From assembly GCA_035480535.1 (NCBI GenBank), contig DATIHQ010000121.1, positions 1-56,477 of the forward strand: 56,477 nt of DNA, written 5' to 3'. Position numbers and translations under genes: made by a program. Shown here in pieces: positions 17,895-27,367 of the stretch. The notes beneath the pieces are model-generated. The model was not told the origin of the DNA, did no database searches, and was given only the letters and a program-made list of their open reading frames with translations. The stretch comes from Chlamydiales bacterium. Lineage in GTDB: Bacteria > Chlamydiota > Chlamydiia > Chlamydiales > SM23-39. The stretch's first letter is position 1; each line of letters opens with the position of its first letter.

Positions 17895-19304
17895 ATGGCC
17901 TTCCTACTTGCAGAACTCGCAAAACAGCCCGCTAAATTCGACTGCCTAAAGCATCCCGTTGTATTGCAATTGGAGTCTTTAGCCTTTACCCCATTCCACT
18001 TAATCGCCCTGATTATCTTTATCTGCGCGATCATTCACACTCTTTCCGTCTACCAAGTGCACAAGTTGGCCCGTAAATTAGAATTGCGCCACAGGAAACA
18101 AAACAGAAGTTTGATTGTACACGCTCTCTATTTCTTATCTGAAGTGGAGGTCATTTTTGCCTTCTGGGTCATTCCGCTGTTTATTGCGATCGTGATGTTT
18201 TACGGCTGGACTGTCGCTTTAGAATACATCAACACCCGCGATTATACTGAACCGCTCTTTGTCGTGGTCATTTTGGGCATGGCCTCCACGCGGCCGATTG
18301 TGCATGCAGCGGAACATGCGATCAAGTGGGTGGCCAAAGGATTTGGCGGCACTCTTTCAGCCTGGTGGTTTACGCTGCTTACATTGGGGCCTCTTCTCGG
18401 CTCACTGATTACCGAAGCGGGCGCCATGGCTCTATGCGCGCTGCTTCTATCGCGCCAATTTTACCAATATCACCCAAGTCCCAAACTCGCCTATGCGACG
18501 CTGGCTTTACTGTTTGTCAATATTTCAGTGGGTGGCGTTTTGACTGACTTTGCCTCGCCTGCTGTATTGGTTTTGGCTCACTGCTGGCATTGGACAACGC
18601 TCGATATGCTCTCTACATTTGGCTGGAAAGCCGCGCTAGGGATTTTTATCTCAAACGCCATTTATTGGACCTATTTCCGAAACGAGCTGCGCGAATTAAA
18701 TATTCGGAGAAAAGCGCATCGAGTTTTGCTCGCTACACAAAAGCCAGATCGCCCCGTTCCCACGTGGGTAACGCTGGTTCATATGCTCTTTATGGCTTGG
18801 ATCGTGGTGGTTTCTCATTATCCAGCTATCTTTATCGCCAGCTTTCTTTTCTTTATCGGCTTTCATCAGGCGACGCGGGCGCATCAATCTTCGATTCAGA
18901 TGGCGCGCCCTCTGCTTGTCGGGCTCTTCCTTGCGGGCTTAGTGATCCACGGGGGGCTGCAAGGTTGGTGGGTCGTCGATATTTTAACGGGACTTTCTCC
19001 TATCGCTGTCATGGGAGTGGCCATGGCGCTCACTGGCTTTAATGACAATACGGCGATCTCTTATCTATCTACTCTCGTCCCCAACTGGGGCGAAATCTAT
19101 GAGTATGCGGTGTTCACTGGGGTCATTGCCGGCGGCGGTCTCACTGTGATTGCGAATGCCCCAAACCCAGCGGGATATGCCATTCTAAAAAAACATTTCG
19201 AATCGGGAATCCAGCCTCTAAAGCTCTTTTTGGCTGCATTTCTCCCGACGATCATTCTCTATCTCGTCTTCTATTTCTTTGGGCCGCTCTTTAAAGCTTG
19301 GTGA
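17895..19304 (+). CDS. Putative Na+/H+ antiporter (DUF1504-like)
   Basis: LSEVEVIFAFW, YTEPLFVVVI, GSLITEAGAM, LFVNISVGGVLT, FNDN, GGGLTVIANAPNPAG; many TM helices. Confidence 0.82.
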   Translation: MAFLLAELAKQPAKFDCLKHPVVLQLESLAFTPFHLIALIIFICAIIHTLSVYQVHKLARKLELRHRKQNRSLIVHALYFLSEVEVIFAFWVIPLFIAIVMFYGWTVALEYINTRDYTEPLFVVVILGMASTRPIVHAAEHAIKWVAKGFGGTLSAWWFTLLTLGPLLGSLITEAGAMALCALLLSRQFYQYHPSPKLAYATLALLFVNISVGGVLTDFASPAVLVLAHCWHWTTLDMLSTFGWKAALGIFISNAIYWTYFRNELRELNIRRKAHRVLLATQKPDRPVPTWVTLVHMLFMAWIVVVSHYPAIFIASFLFFIGFHQATRAHQSSIQMARPLLVGLFLAGLVIHGGLQGWWVVDILTGLSPIAVMGVAMALTGFNDNTAISYLSTLVPNWGEIYEYAVFTGVIAGGGLTVIANAPNPAGYAILKKHFESGIQPLKLFLAAFLPTIILYLVFYFFGPLFKAW

Positions 19305-19770
19305 GAGCGCGGTATCCGAAAATTAAAAGAGGGATCGAGGCAAAGACATAAAATACCGAGAGGCGGGAATCCCATTTGAGGATGAACATCCCTTTACTGG
19401 AAAAAAGAAGCATTAAAAGGCCGAGAAGGAGCAATTGGACGCCTAAGGAGACGAGAAGAGTGGCCCCCACGATCGTTTTATCTTGGGCAGGCTCTTCTTC
19501 TATAGGGAGAGCCGTTTCGGCAGCTGGGGGCGGGGCGGCTGCCTCCGCTGCTGTCTCTTCTGCGGAATAGACGGGGGGATAGAGGGATTTCATGGTCTGC
19601 TGGTGGGCCGCATTTAAATTTTTGACCGAAGAGGCGGGGTTATAGGCGGCGTATTGCTGTTCCGGCTTCTCAGCGCGGAGATCGGCAGCGCAATAGGGAC
19701 AAACAATCACATCGAGGTCGATTTCTCCCTCGCAATTATAACACATTTTTTGACGTTTCTTCGGCTTCAT
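19291..19770 (-). CDS. Zinc-ribbon membrane protein (CT556-like)
   Basis: CYNC...CPYC N-terminal ribbon, two C-terminal TM helices, divergent from lpdA as recalled for C. trachomatis CT556/CT557. Confidence 0.75.
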   Translation of the reverse strand: MKPKKRQKMCYNCEGEIDLDVIVCPYCAADLRAEKPEQQYAAYNPASSVKNLNAAHQQTMKSLYPPVYSAEETAAEAAAPPPAAETALPIEEEPAQDKTIVGATLLVSLGVQLLLLGLLMLLFSSKGMFILKWDSRLSVFYVFASIPLLIFGYRALTKL

Positions 19771-19853
19771 ACAGGACCTGCTTTGACCCCAGTATATATC
19801 AGAAACTTTTTTCCTATTAGCAGGTTTTTTCGTTATCGAGTAAAATCGACGAT

Positions 19854-21263
19854 ATGACGGAAAGAAAAAAGCATGATGTGGCTGTGATTGGGTCGGGGCC
19901 CGCCGGTTATGTGGCGGCGATTAAGGCAGCTCAGCTGGGAAAATCGGTGGCGCTCATTGAAAAGGGAGCGATGGGAGGGTGCTGTTTGAATGTGGGATGC
20001 ATTCCGACAAAGACGCTGATCGCCAATGCATCGATCCTCCACAACATCAAGCGGGCGGCTGATTTTGGGATTACGACAGGGCCTATTTCTTTCCATTATG
20101 ATCAGATGAAAAAACGAAAGGATCAAGTCGTCGCCAAAATGAGAAGCGGACTTGAAGGACTTCTAAAATCCAATCAAATCACAGTGTATCGAGGCAATGC
20201 AGAGTTTGAATCGCCCCATCTTTTAAAAGTGATTGGAGAGAATAATATCTACATCCAGGCGGAAAAAATCATCATCGCAACGGGTTCCGTTCCTCTCGAT
20301 ATCAAGGCATTTCCCTGCGATCATGAGCGGATCTTAAATTCCACTTCGATTTTAGAGCTCACTCATGTGCCAAAAAGTTTAGCGATTGTGGGCGGAGGCT
20401 ATATTGGCTGCGAATTCGCCTCTCTTTTTGCCGAACTGGGCGTCCAGGTGACTATTTTAGAAGCATTGCCTTCCATTCTCGCTGCGCAAGGGACTATGAT
20501 CGCCCAATTCATGACAAAAGTGTTTACCTCGCGCGGGGTGGATATCCAAACCAACGTGATGGTGAAGAGCATTGAGAATAAGAAAAATCATGTACACATC
20601 ACCTTGGCCGATGGAAAAACGCTCGATGCCGATCTCGCCTTGGTTTCAGTGGGGCGCAAAGTCTATACAGAGGGGCTGAAACTGGAAAAAGCCGGCTTGA
20701 AAACGACGGAGAAAGGCTTTATCGCAACAGATGAGGGGATGGAAACTGAGGTGAAGGGGATTTTTGCCATTGGCGATGTGACGGGGAAATGGATGCTCGC
20801 CCACGTGGGGTCTCATCAGGGAATCATCGCGGCGATCAATGCAGCGGGGGGAGAGGCGCAAATACATTATGAAGCTGTCCCAGCGGTTGTGTTTACATCA
20901 CCTGAAATTGCGACGGTGGGTTTTACATTGGAACAGGCGCAAAAAGAGGGCTATAACGCGGTTGCGGGAGCTTTTCCCTTCCAGGCGCTCGGCAAAGCGC
21001 AAGCGGCGATGGAAACGGAAGGGTTTGCGCAGGTCGTTGCCGATCAAAAAACGGGGCAAATCCTAGGCGCCGTTGCAGTTGGCCACGAGGCTTCCAATCT
21101 CATCGCAGAAATGGCGCTTGCCATCCAAAATGAACTCACGCTAGAGTCAGTCATAGAGACGATCCACGCCCACCCAACGGTGGCCGAGGCGTGGCATGAA
21201 GCAGCGGCGATTGTAAATGGGACGCCGATCAACTTTCCGCCCAAATTATTAACCAGGCGATAA
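19854..21263 (+). CDS. lpdA: Dihydrolipoyl dehydrogenase
   Basis: IGSGPAGY, GGCCLNVGCIPTK redox disulfide, GGGYIGCE, AIGDV, HAHPTVAE. Confidence 0.97.
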   Translation: MTERKKHDVAVIGSGPAGYVAAIKAAQLGKSVALIEKGAMGGCCLNVGCIPTKTLIANASILHNIKRAADFGITTGPISFHYDQMKKRKDQVVAKMRSGLEGLLKSNQITVYRGNAEFESPHLLKVIGENNIYIQAEKIIIATGSVPLDIKAFPCDHERILNSTSILELTHVPKSLAIVGGGYIGCEFASLFAELGVQVTILEALPSILAAQGTMIAQFMTKVFTSRGVDIQTNVMVKSIENKKNHVHITLADGKTLDADLALVSVGRKVYTEGLKLEKAGLKTTEKGFIATDEGMETEVKGIFAIGDVTGKWMLAHVGSHQGIIAAINAAGGEAQIHYEAVPAVVFTSPEIATVGFTLEQAQKEGYNAVAGAFPFQALGKAQAAMETEGFAQVVADQKTGQILGAVAVGHEASNLIAEMALAIQNELTLESVIETIHAHPTVAEAWHEAAAIVNGTPINFPPKLLTRR

Positions 21264-21423
21264 ATAGATGACAAACAGCTGGCTGCGGCTTCGCCAAATT
21301 GATCCTCCTCGCTCGCCTTGCTTTTCAAGCAATGGTCGTCGCTCGTTCGGAACGCTTTGCTTCAATTTTGCTTTGCCTCGCTCGAGCTGTTTGTTGCCAC
21401 CCATTTATCGCCCCGGTTAATAA
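21246..21423. repeat. 178-nt element with imperfect terminal inverted repeats between lpdA and lipA
   Basis: Left TTATTAACCAGGCGATAAATAGATGACAAACAGCT (21246-21280) versus reverse complement of right arm (21385-21423) TTATTAACCGGGGCGATAAATGGGTGGCAACAAACAGCT; inner hairpins GGC-TTC-GCC and TTGCTT-TTC-AAGCAA; three CGCTCG copies. Confidence 0.75.
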
Positions 21424-21427
21424 AACG

Positions 21428-22342
21428 ATGACAAATAAACTCAATGTTCTGCCGCAAAATCCCGAAGAGGGCGTCGGCCGTTTCCCTTCCTGGCTGCACC
21501 GCAGGCTGCCCGCGGGCGGGGAGATCTTTAAGACAGGCGCCATTGTTGAAAAATATCGGCTCAATACGGTTTGTGAAGAGGCAAAATGCCCCAATCGACT
21601 GGAATGTTATGGGAAGAAGACGGCGACTTTCCTGGCGCTGGGAAAGCAGTGCACGAGAAATTGCGGCTTCTGCGACATCGATTTTAGTAAAGCTCCCAAA
21701 GCGCCCGAGGAAGATGAGCCAGAGCGGATCGCTTTATCGGTGAAAGAATTGGGGCTAAAGCATGTCGTCATCACAATGGTCGCGCGGGATGATCTTGCGG
21801 ATAAGGGAGCTGGGCACATCGCGGCGATCATCCGCGAAGTCAGGCGGCTGAACACAGGAGTCACAATTGAAGTATTGACCTCCGACTTCTCCGGCGACTT
21901 AAAGGCGCTCGATCTCGTTTTGGCTGAGCAGCCGGAGATTTTCAATCACAACATCGAAACGGTGCGTTCGCTGTCTCCCCGCGTGCGGCACAAAGCAGAA
22001 TATGAGCAGACGCTCTCTATTTTGAGACACGCCAAAACCTCCGGCCAAGTGATCTTCGTCAAATCGGGCATTATGGTAGGCCTGGGCGAAACAGCCGAGG
22101 AAGTGAAAGAAACCATTGGCGATCTTGCTCAAGCCGGCTGCGATATCATTACCATTGGACAATACTTGCAGGCGAGCCGCACCAAATTGCGCGTCAAAGA
22201 ATTTGTCCCTCCCGATCAGTTCAAAGTCTATGAAAATTATGGACTTGGCCTCGGTGTAAAGCATATGTATTGCGGCCCCTTCGTCCGCTCCAGCTACAAT
22301 GCCAATCTCTTCGCTAAGGGCTTTTCCATCGATTCCATTTGA
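21428..22342 (+). CDS. lipA: Lipoyl synthase
   Basis: CEEAKCPNRLEC and CTRNCGFC cluster motifs, FNHNIETV, GQYLQ, VRSSY; start trimmed to MTNKLNV. Confidence 0.97.
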   Translation: MTNKLNVLPQNPEEGVGRFPSWLHRRLPAGGEIFKTGAIVEKYRLNTVCEEAKCPNRLECYGKKTATFLALGKQCTRNCGFCDIDFSKAPKAPEEDEPERIALSVKELGLKHVVITMVARDDLADKGAGHIAAIIREVRRLNTGVTIEVLTSDFSGDLKALDLVLAEQPEIFNHNIETVRSLSPRVRHKAEYEQTLSILRHAKTSGQVIFVKSGIMVGLGETAEEVKETIGDLAQAGCDIITIGQYLQASRTKLRVKEFVPPDQFKVYENYGLGLGVKHMYCGPFVRSSYNANLFAKGFSIDSI

Positions 22343-22375
22343 TCCATAAAGCGGGTCTTTTTATGTTGCGCTTAT

Positions 22376-23659
22376 ATGCGCAAACAGCCGATTCAAGTCG
22401 CTACGGTGATATTAGCGGGGGGACAAGGCACTCGCCTTCATCCTCTAACAATCCATCATTCCAAGCCGGCGATCTCTTACGGGGGGCGCTATCGGCTGAT
22501 CGATATCCCTATCTCCAACTCAATCAATTCTGATTTTCGGCAAATTTTTGTGATCGCCCAGTATCTTTCAGGGGAATTACAGCACCATATCAGCCATTCC
22601 TATCATTTCGACTCGTTTAATCCAGGCTCCGTCGACGTATTGACACCGCAAATTGCCGAGAGTGGGGAAAAGCAGTGGTTTGCCGGGACTGCCGATGCTG
22701 TGCGAAAGAACCTCCCCACGATTTTAAAATCTCCCGCTGACTATTTTTTAATTTTGTCAGGAGATCAGCTCTATAACATCAATTTTCAATTGATGATCGC
22801 ATTTGCCCAGGAACAAAAGGCCGATCTAACGATCGCCTCTTTGCCCGTGTTGGAGAAAGAAGCCAAGCGAATGGGTCTATTGAAAATTGATGGGGGTCAT
22901 AAAGTGATCGATTTTGTGGAAAAGCCGCAAGATCCTGAAATCCTGCGAAAGTTTATCCTCCCAGAAAAATTCTTCCAAGATTGTAAAATTAAACCCCATA
23001 AAGATCCCTGTTATCTCGGCTCTATGGGAATTTATATCTTTAAAAGAGAGGCTCTGGTCGATCTTCTTCAAAAAGATCATCGACACGACTTTGGACACCA
23101 CTTGATCACCACTGCCGTCAAAAGTGGAAAAACATCGGCTTATGTCTTTTGCGGCTATTGGGAAGACATTGGAACCGTTGCCTCCTATTATGAAGCCAAC
23201 CTTTTGCTGACGACATCGGAACAAGGGCTCAATACATATGATGAGCAGAATCCAATCTACACCCGTTCTACCTATCTGCCCGGGCCAAAAATCAAGTGCA
23301 CAAAGATCACCCAGTCGATCATTTGCGAGGGAAGCATCATTGAGGCGGATGAGGTGTACCATAGCGTCATCGGCCTTCGCTCCCATATAAAAAAAGGGAC
23401 GATCATTCGAGATTCAGTCATGATGGGAAATCACTTCTATTTAGAGCCAGTTCGCGACGGAGTTTCCCATGAATCTGGCATCGGAGAGAATTGCCTCATC
23501 GAAAAGGCAATCATCGATGAGCATGTTCTCATCGGCAACAACGTTCGTTTGATCAACAAGAAAAAACTGGATCAATTTGAGGGGGATGGGATTTTTGTGC
23601 GCGATGGAATCATCATCGTCCCCGCTGGAGTGCAAATTCCCGACGGCTTTGAATTTTAA
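22376..23659 (+). CDS. glgC: Glucose-1-phosphate adenylyltransferase
   Basis: ILAGGQGTRLHPLT..SKPA, GGRYRLIDIP, WFAGTADAVR, LSGDQLY, SMGIYIF, YWEDIGT. Confidence 0.96.
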   Translation: MRKQPIQVATVILAGGQGTRLHPLTIHHSKPAISYGGRYRLIDIPISNSINSDFRQIFVIAQYLSGELQHHISHSYHFDSFNPGSVDVLTPQIAESGEKQWFAGTADAVRKNLPTILKSPADYFLILSGDQLYNINFQLMIAFAQEQKADLTIASLPVLEKEAKRMGLLKIDGGHKVIDFVEKPQDPEILRKFILPEKFFQDCKIKPHKDPCYLGSMGIYIFKREALVDLLQKDHRHDFGHHLITTAVKSGKTSAYVFCGYWEDIGTVASYYEANLLLTTSEQGLNTYDEQNPIYTRSTYLPGPKIKCTKITQSIICEGSIIEADEVYHSVIGLRSHIKKGTIIRDSVMMGNHFYLEPVRDGVSHESGIGENCLIEKAIIDEHVLIGNNVRLINKKKLDQFEGDGIFVRDGIIIVPAGVQIPDGFEF

Positions 23660-23682
23660 GCCCTTTCAGGTAAACTAGACAC

Positions 23683-24438
23683 ATGCGTATCTGGGCCATT
23701 GGCGATCTTCATTTAAGTTTCGGCGTAGCGAATAAGAGCATGGACATCTTTGGCCCTGCTTGGGAAAACCACGCCGATAAAATCGCTACTTCTTGGAAAA
23801 GTCTTATCTCGCCTCACGATCTCGTCCTCATTCCCGGCGATATTTCTTGGGCCCTAAAAGTAGATGAGGCCGTTCCCGACCTGCAGTGGATTCATGAATT
23901 GCCAGGAACAAAGGTCCTAATCAAAGGCAATCACGACTATTGGTGGGGCTCTCTCAATAAAATCGCCCCCGTTCTTCCCTCTTCTATCCATCTAATTCAA
24001 AACAATGCCTTCAATTGGAAAGAGGTGACGATTGGAGGCGCCCGCCTTTGGGATACGCCTGAATATTCCTTTGGGGAATTCATTGAATTTCGGGAAAATC
24101 CTCGGGCAAAACCTCCTGTAGACACAGAAGTACTGGTTCAACAGGAGATGCAGGAAAAAATCTTCAATCGAGAATTGGAGCGGTTGAAAATGAGCCTCTC
24201 CCAGTTAAATCCTGAGGCAAAGGTGCGGATCGCAATGACCCACTATCCTCCTATCAGCGCCGATCTAAAGCCTTCGCGCGCCGCCCAAATCCTAGAGCAA
24301 CACCAGATACAAATTTGTGTCTTTGGCCATCTGCACAACATCAAGCCCAATGTCGATCTTTTCGGGGAAAAAAAGGGGATACGCTACATCTTGACTTCCA
24401 GTGATTACATTCACTTTCAGCCGGTCGCTATTTTATAA
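23683..24438 (+). CDS. Metallophosphoesterase (CT488-like)
   Basis: GDLH, PGDISW, GNHDYW, HYPP, GHLH calcineurin-like motifs. Confidence 0.9.
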   Translation: MRIWAIGDLHLSFGVANKSMDIFGPAWENHADKIATSWKSLISPHDLVLIPGDISWALKVDEAVPDLQWIHELPGTKVLIKGNHDYWWGSLNKIAPVLPSSIHLIQNNAFNWKEVTIGGARLWDTPEYSFGEFIEFRENPRAKPPVDTEVLVQQEMQEKIFNRELERLKMSLSQLNPEAKVRIAMTHYPPISADLKPSRAAQILEQHQIQICVFGHLHNIKPNVDLFGEKKGIRYILTSSDYIHFQPVAIL

Positions 24439-25375
24439 CAATGTCATGAAGCTTTTTTAGATCGGGATCTTTGGGATCGAGCTTGCCGTAGGGCTCCTTG
24501 CGCTTTTCCATCAGCTTTTGAATGGCTTGCTCTAGAGCATCTTGATCGAGTCTTCGGTAATAGTCGGCAATCGCTGCCATCACCTCGACCAATTCTTCTT
24601 CTGTCCTCAGAAGGGGAAGGACTTTCTTAACTCCTCTAATGAAAAGCTCCGGCTCTCCATTTACCTTCAGGAACTTCAAGACTTCAATGAGGAGAGGAAG
24701 ATCGGCCTTGCCCTCTAAAATCTCTGCAATCAACCGATCGGCCTCTCCAATATCGGTCGCAGCGACAATCCGCGCCTTTAAAAATTCAAACCAAATCGGC
24801 TCATTCACGTAGGGAAAGAATCCTTCCACTAATTCCGAGGCATAAAATGGGTTGCCGCTATCGAGAAGATCGGCGATGTAATCGTAGAGAAAACTCTCCA
24901 AATCATGGGCGCAATAGTCGCAAATGACCCTAAAGACCTCTTGCGGATCGACTCCTGCATCGGCATTTTCATCTAAGATCTCCATTAGATTCGCCAGTCC
25001 ATCCTGAATCCATTCATCGCTCTCCATTTTTCCTTGATCAAACAGAGAAATGCGATAGTCCAATTCATCGAAAAAAATGGAAAGGGATTGCTTTTCAGGC
25101 AGTAAACGGCGCCAAATTTCAAAGAGGATTAAATAAAGTGCATCCGAATCTTCTTCTACTATTAGATCAGCTAATTCCTCGGGAGTGTCGCACGTTTCCG
25201 CATACTGCAAAAAGGCCCCTTTATCTACCCGTATGTTCCCTTTTTCCAAACGTTCAAAAAGTATTTCCAGGGGAATAGAGCGAAGATCTTCTACCATCCA
25301 AGGCTCTGCGTTTACCGAACGATCTTCCGCCGCATTAAGCCGCAAAAGATTATAAAGTGCTTTCGTCTGTAACAT
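24428..25375 (-). CDS. Conserved chlamydial hypothetical protein (acidic, helical)
   Basis: 315-aa ORF with realistic composition; ALYNLLRLN, LFEIWRRL, FLYDYI segments resemble chlamydial hypotheticals. Confidence 0.8.
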   Translation of the reverse strand: MLQTKALYNLLRLNAAEDRSVNAEPWMVEDLRSIPLEILFERLEKGNIRVDKGAFLQYAETCDTPEELADLIVEEDSDALYLILFEIWRRLLPEKQSLSIFFDELDYRISLFDQGKMESDEWIQDGLANLMEILDENADAGVDPQEVFRVICDYCAHDLESFLYDYIADLLDSGNPFYASELVEGFFPYVNEPIWFEFLKARIVAATDIGEADRLIAEILEGKADLPLLIEVLKFLKVNGEPELFIRGVKKVLPLLRTEEELVEVMAAIADYYRRLDQDALEQAIQKLMEKRKEPYGKLDPKDPDLKKLHDIVIK

Positions 25376-25432
25376 ATGTCAACAAATTTAATACATTTCG
25401 TTTTTTTAATCTATTACTTATAATGCAAGGCC

Positions 25433-25873
25433 ATGAAAAAAAGAACCTTTCTTCTATTAGAAGTGCTCATTGCGTTACTTCTCGTCATTTGCTGCGCGGT
25501 TCCTCTGGTGACGCAGCCCCTCATTCTCTTTCGCAAAGAAGTAAAGACGCTTGAGGAAGTAGAACAAGAGCGCTTAGCTAATTGGACTTTTACTGAAATC
25601 AAAGAAAAATTATTTAAAAATGAAATTTCTTGGGAAAGGCTCCCCTCCAAAGGCATCACCTCACCTTCTTTTCCCCTTCCTCCAATCGCCCTACAGATCC
25701 CAGGATGCAACTCCAAACCCATGGCTCGCTCTTATACTCTTTCTTGTTCGGGAGAAAAAACGGGGACACATGAAGAGACCTACCGATCATTCTTAGTCAG
25801 AATCGCTATTGGGAATAAAAAAAAATATTCTTACCGCCTCATCGTTCAAAGAAAACCCATTCCTACCCTTTGA
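25433..25873 (+). CDS. Pseudopilin-like protein (CT565-like)
   Basis: Type IV prepilin-like N-terminus KKRTFLLLEVLIALLLV. Confidence 0.75.
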   Translation: MKKRTFLLLEVLIALLLVICCAVPLVTQPLILFRKEVKTLEEVEQERLANWTFTEIKEKLFKNEISWERLPSKGITSPSFPLPPIALQIPGCNSKPMARSYTLSCSGEKTGTHEETYRSFLVRIAIGNKKKYSYRLIVQRKPIPTL

Positions 25874-26732
25874 AATCGACCTTTTTCCGCAGGGAAATGT
25901 GCGTCCTCGGATCTTTCTCGATAAAAGTCAGCTTTGTCAATTTGTGATTTAGATGGCCGAATTTCAATAGAGCATATAGGTCGGGGTCGAGAGAAACGAG
26001 GTGAGCCTCGCTGCAAAGATGTTCAATCCACTCTTGCGTGACAGGCGGATGAGGTTTCTTGTGAATCTCCGCATGAAGTTTCAAGGCGGCTTTGGAACCA
26101 AATAGAACAGTCAGCATGTCGGGGTGAGCATGAAAAAGACACAGTTTTTCATTCACCGGATCCACTTTGATGTAATCGAGAAGAGATGGATAGCCGACAC
26201 CTGCCATTAAATCCCATTCCTTCGTCCCCTTAAGCATCTTGTAATAGAGCGGCTGTAGAGAATCGGGAAAAGAGATCTTTTCCAATACGAAAGGAGATTC
26301 CTTTTGCAGTTTTGCCAAAAGTAACAGCTGATCGAGAAAATAGTATTCAAATCTCGTTTTCTTTTCGAAAAGAGGCTTGTAGAATGTGGCCAGAAGCTTG
26401 GCTGTCAGCTCATAAAGAAGGGGGTGCGCCTCTCTTCCTTCCTGGATCAAGGGCCAAAGATTCAGCCGTGCACATTCTTGATTGAGCTTTGGTCCTTCCT
26501 TTTTTTGCGGAGTCTTCTTTTTATTAGATAGCGTCGAAACGGAAGATTTCCGTTTACCACCCAATTTATTATAAAGTTCACTTTCATAGTGATTCAGGAT
26601 TTTCCGATTCACCTTTTGATGCCCCAAATAGGTCCTTTGAAGGCGATGGGCACCTATTTGCTTTTCCCAGCAGGCGAAAAAGGCATAAGAGAGAATGAGA
26701 AGCAGTGAAAAGATGAGTCCTAAGACATTCAT
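25863..26732 (-). CDS. Hypothetical T2SS-associated protein (CT566-like, possible GspK analogue)
   Basis: N-terminal TM anchor; ATGA coupling with the upstream pseudopilin stop at 26729-26732. Confidence 0.7.
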   Translation of the reverse strand: MNVLGLIFSLLLILSYAFFACWEKQIGAHRLQRTYLGHQKVNRKILNHYESELYNKLGGKRKSSVSTLSNKKKTPQKKEGPKLNQECARLNLWPLIQEGREAHPLLYELTAKLLATFYKPLFEKKTRFEYYFLDQLLLLAKLQKESPFVLEKISFPDSLQPLYYKMLKGTKEWDLMAGVGYPSLLDYIKVDPVNEKLCLFHAHPDMLTVLFGSKAALKLHAEIHKKPHPPVTQEWIEHLCSEAHLVSLDPDLYALLKFGHLNHKLTKLTFIEKDPRTHISLRKKVDFKG

Positions 26733-27367
26733 GACCTGCGCCCTCCTTCCCAATAGGTGATCATGGGTTCAGGAGAGGGAAGGATAAAAGCAAAGCGGAC
26801 GGGATCTTTCTTCTCTTTCCAAACTAAAAGGCGGATGACAGAAGGAGTTTCAAGGCGCGCAATGGGCCAGTTTGAGCGCCACTCTAAAGTGGAGTTGATC
26901 GTCCGTTTTTTCGCCCCTTTTTCTTCGGTTTTCTGCGCGAGGAATTCAAACTCATAATTGGAGACATTCGATAGAAGAATTTCCTTTCTCCAGGAGCGAT
27001 CTTTATCTATGGGCCACGTAGCTAAAACCAATTGCTTTTTTTCATCGAGATAAATCCGTCCCAACACGGTTCCACTGAAAATGGGATCTGGGTCGATTCC
27101 ATTATCAAAAGTGGCCACGAGGCTCGCATTTTTTTCTTCCGGGAATAGCTGGGTATAAAGGGGCGCTTGAAAAGAGGCCCTATCAATGTTGGAAAAGATC
27201 GATTGCAAGCGCATTTGCAAATATTGGCGAGAAGAAATTTCTACGCGGGCTGTTTCCAGTCTTTTTTCAATTTTTGCACTCTCGACGAAGAAAGAGAAAA
27301 GAAAGGTCAATAAAACTGCAGTGAGACTTAAGGCAATCAATATTTCAAGAAGAACAAAATTTCTTAT
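26729..27367 (-). CDS. Pseudopilin (CT567/GspJ-like); start codon non-canonical or lost
   Basis: RNFVLLEILIALSLTAVLL prepilin motif; FDNGIDPDP and G.IYLD segments; no ATG near the motif, ATA at 27367 overlaps the OPT stop. Confidence 0.7.
   Translation of the reverse strand: MRNFVLLEILIALSLTAVLLTFLFSFFVESAKIEKRLETARVEISSRQYLQMRLQSIFSNIDRASFQAPLYTQLFPEEKNASLVATFDNGIDPDPIFSGTVLGRIYLDEKKQLVLATWPIDKDRSWRKEILLSNVSNYEFEFLAQKTEEKGAKKRTINSTLEWRSNWPIARLETPSVIRLLVWKEKKDPVRFAFILPSPEPMITYWEGGRRS

Noticed and set aside
21299-21427. 43-aa N-terminal extension of LipA in the ORF track (similar extensions on nnr, mutL, rsbU, eno, prmA, groES)
   Set aside because: These are upstream in-frame alternative starts running through repeats or neighbouring genes. 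The homologous region begins at the later ATG.
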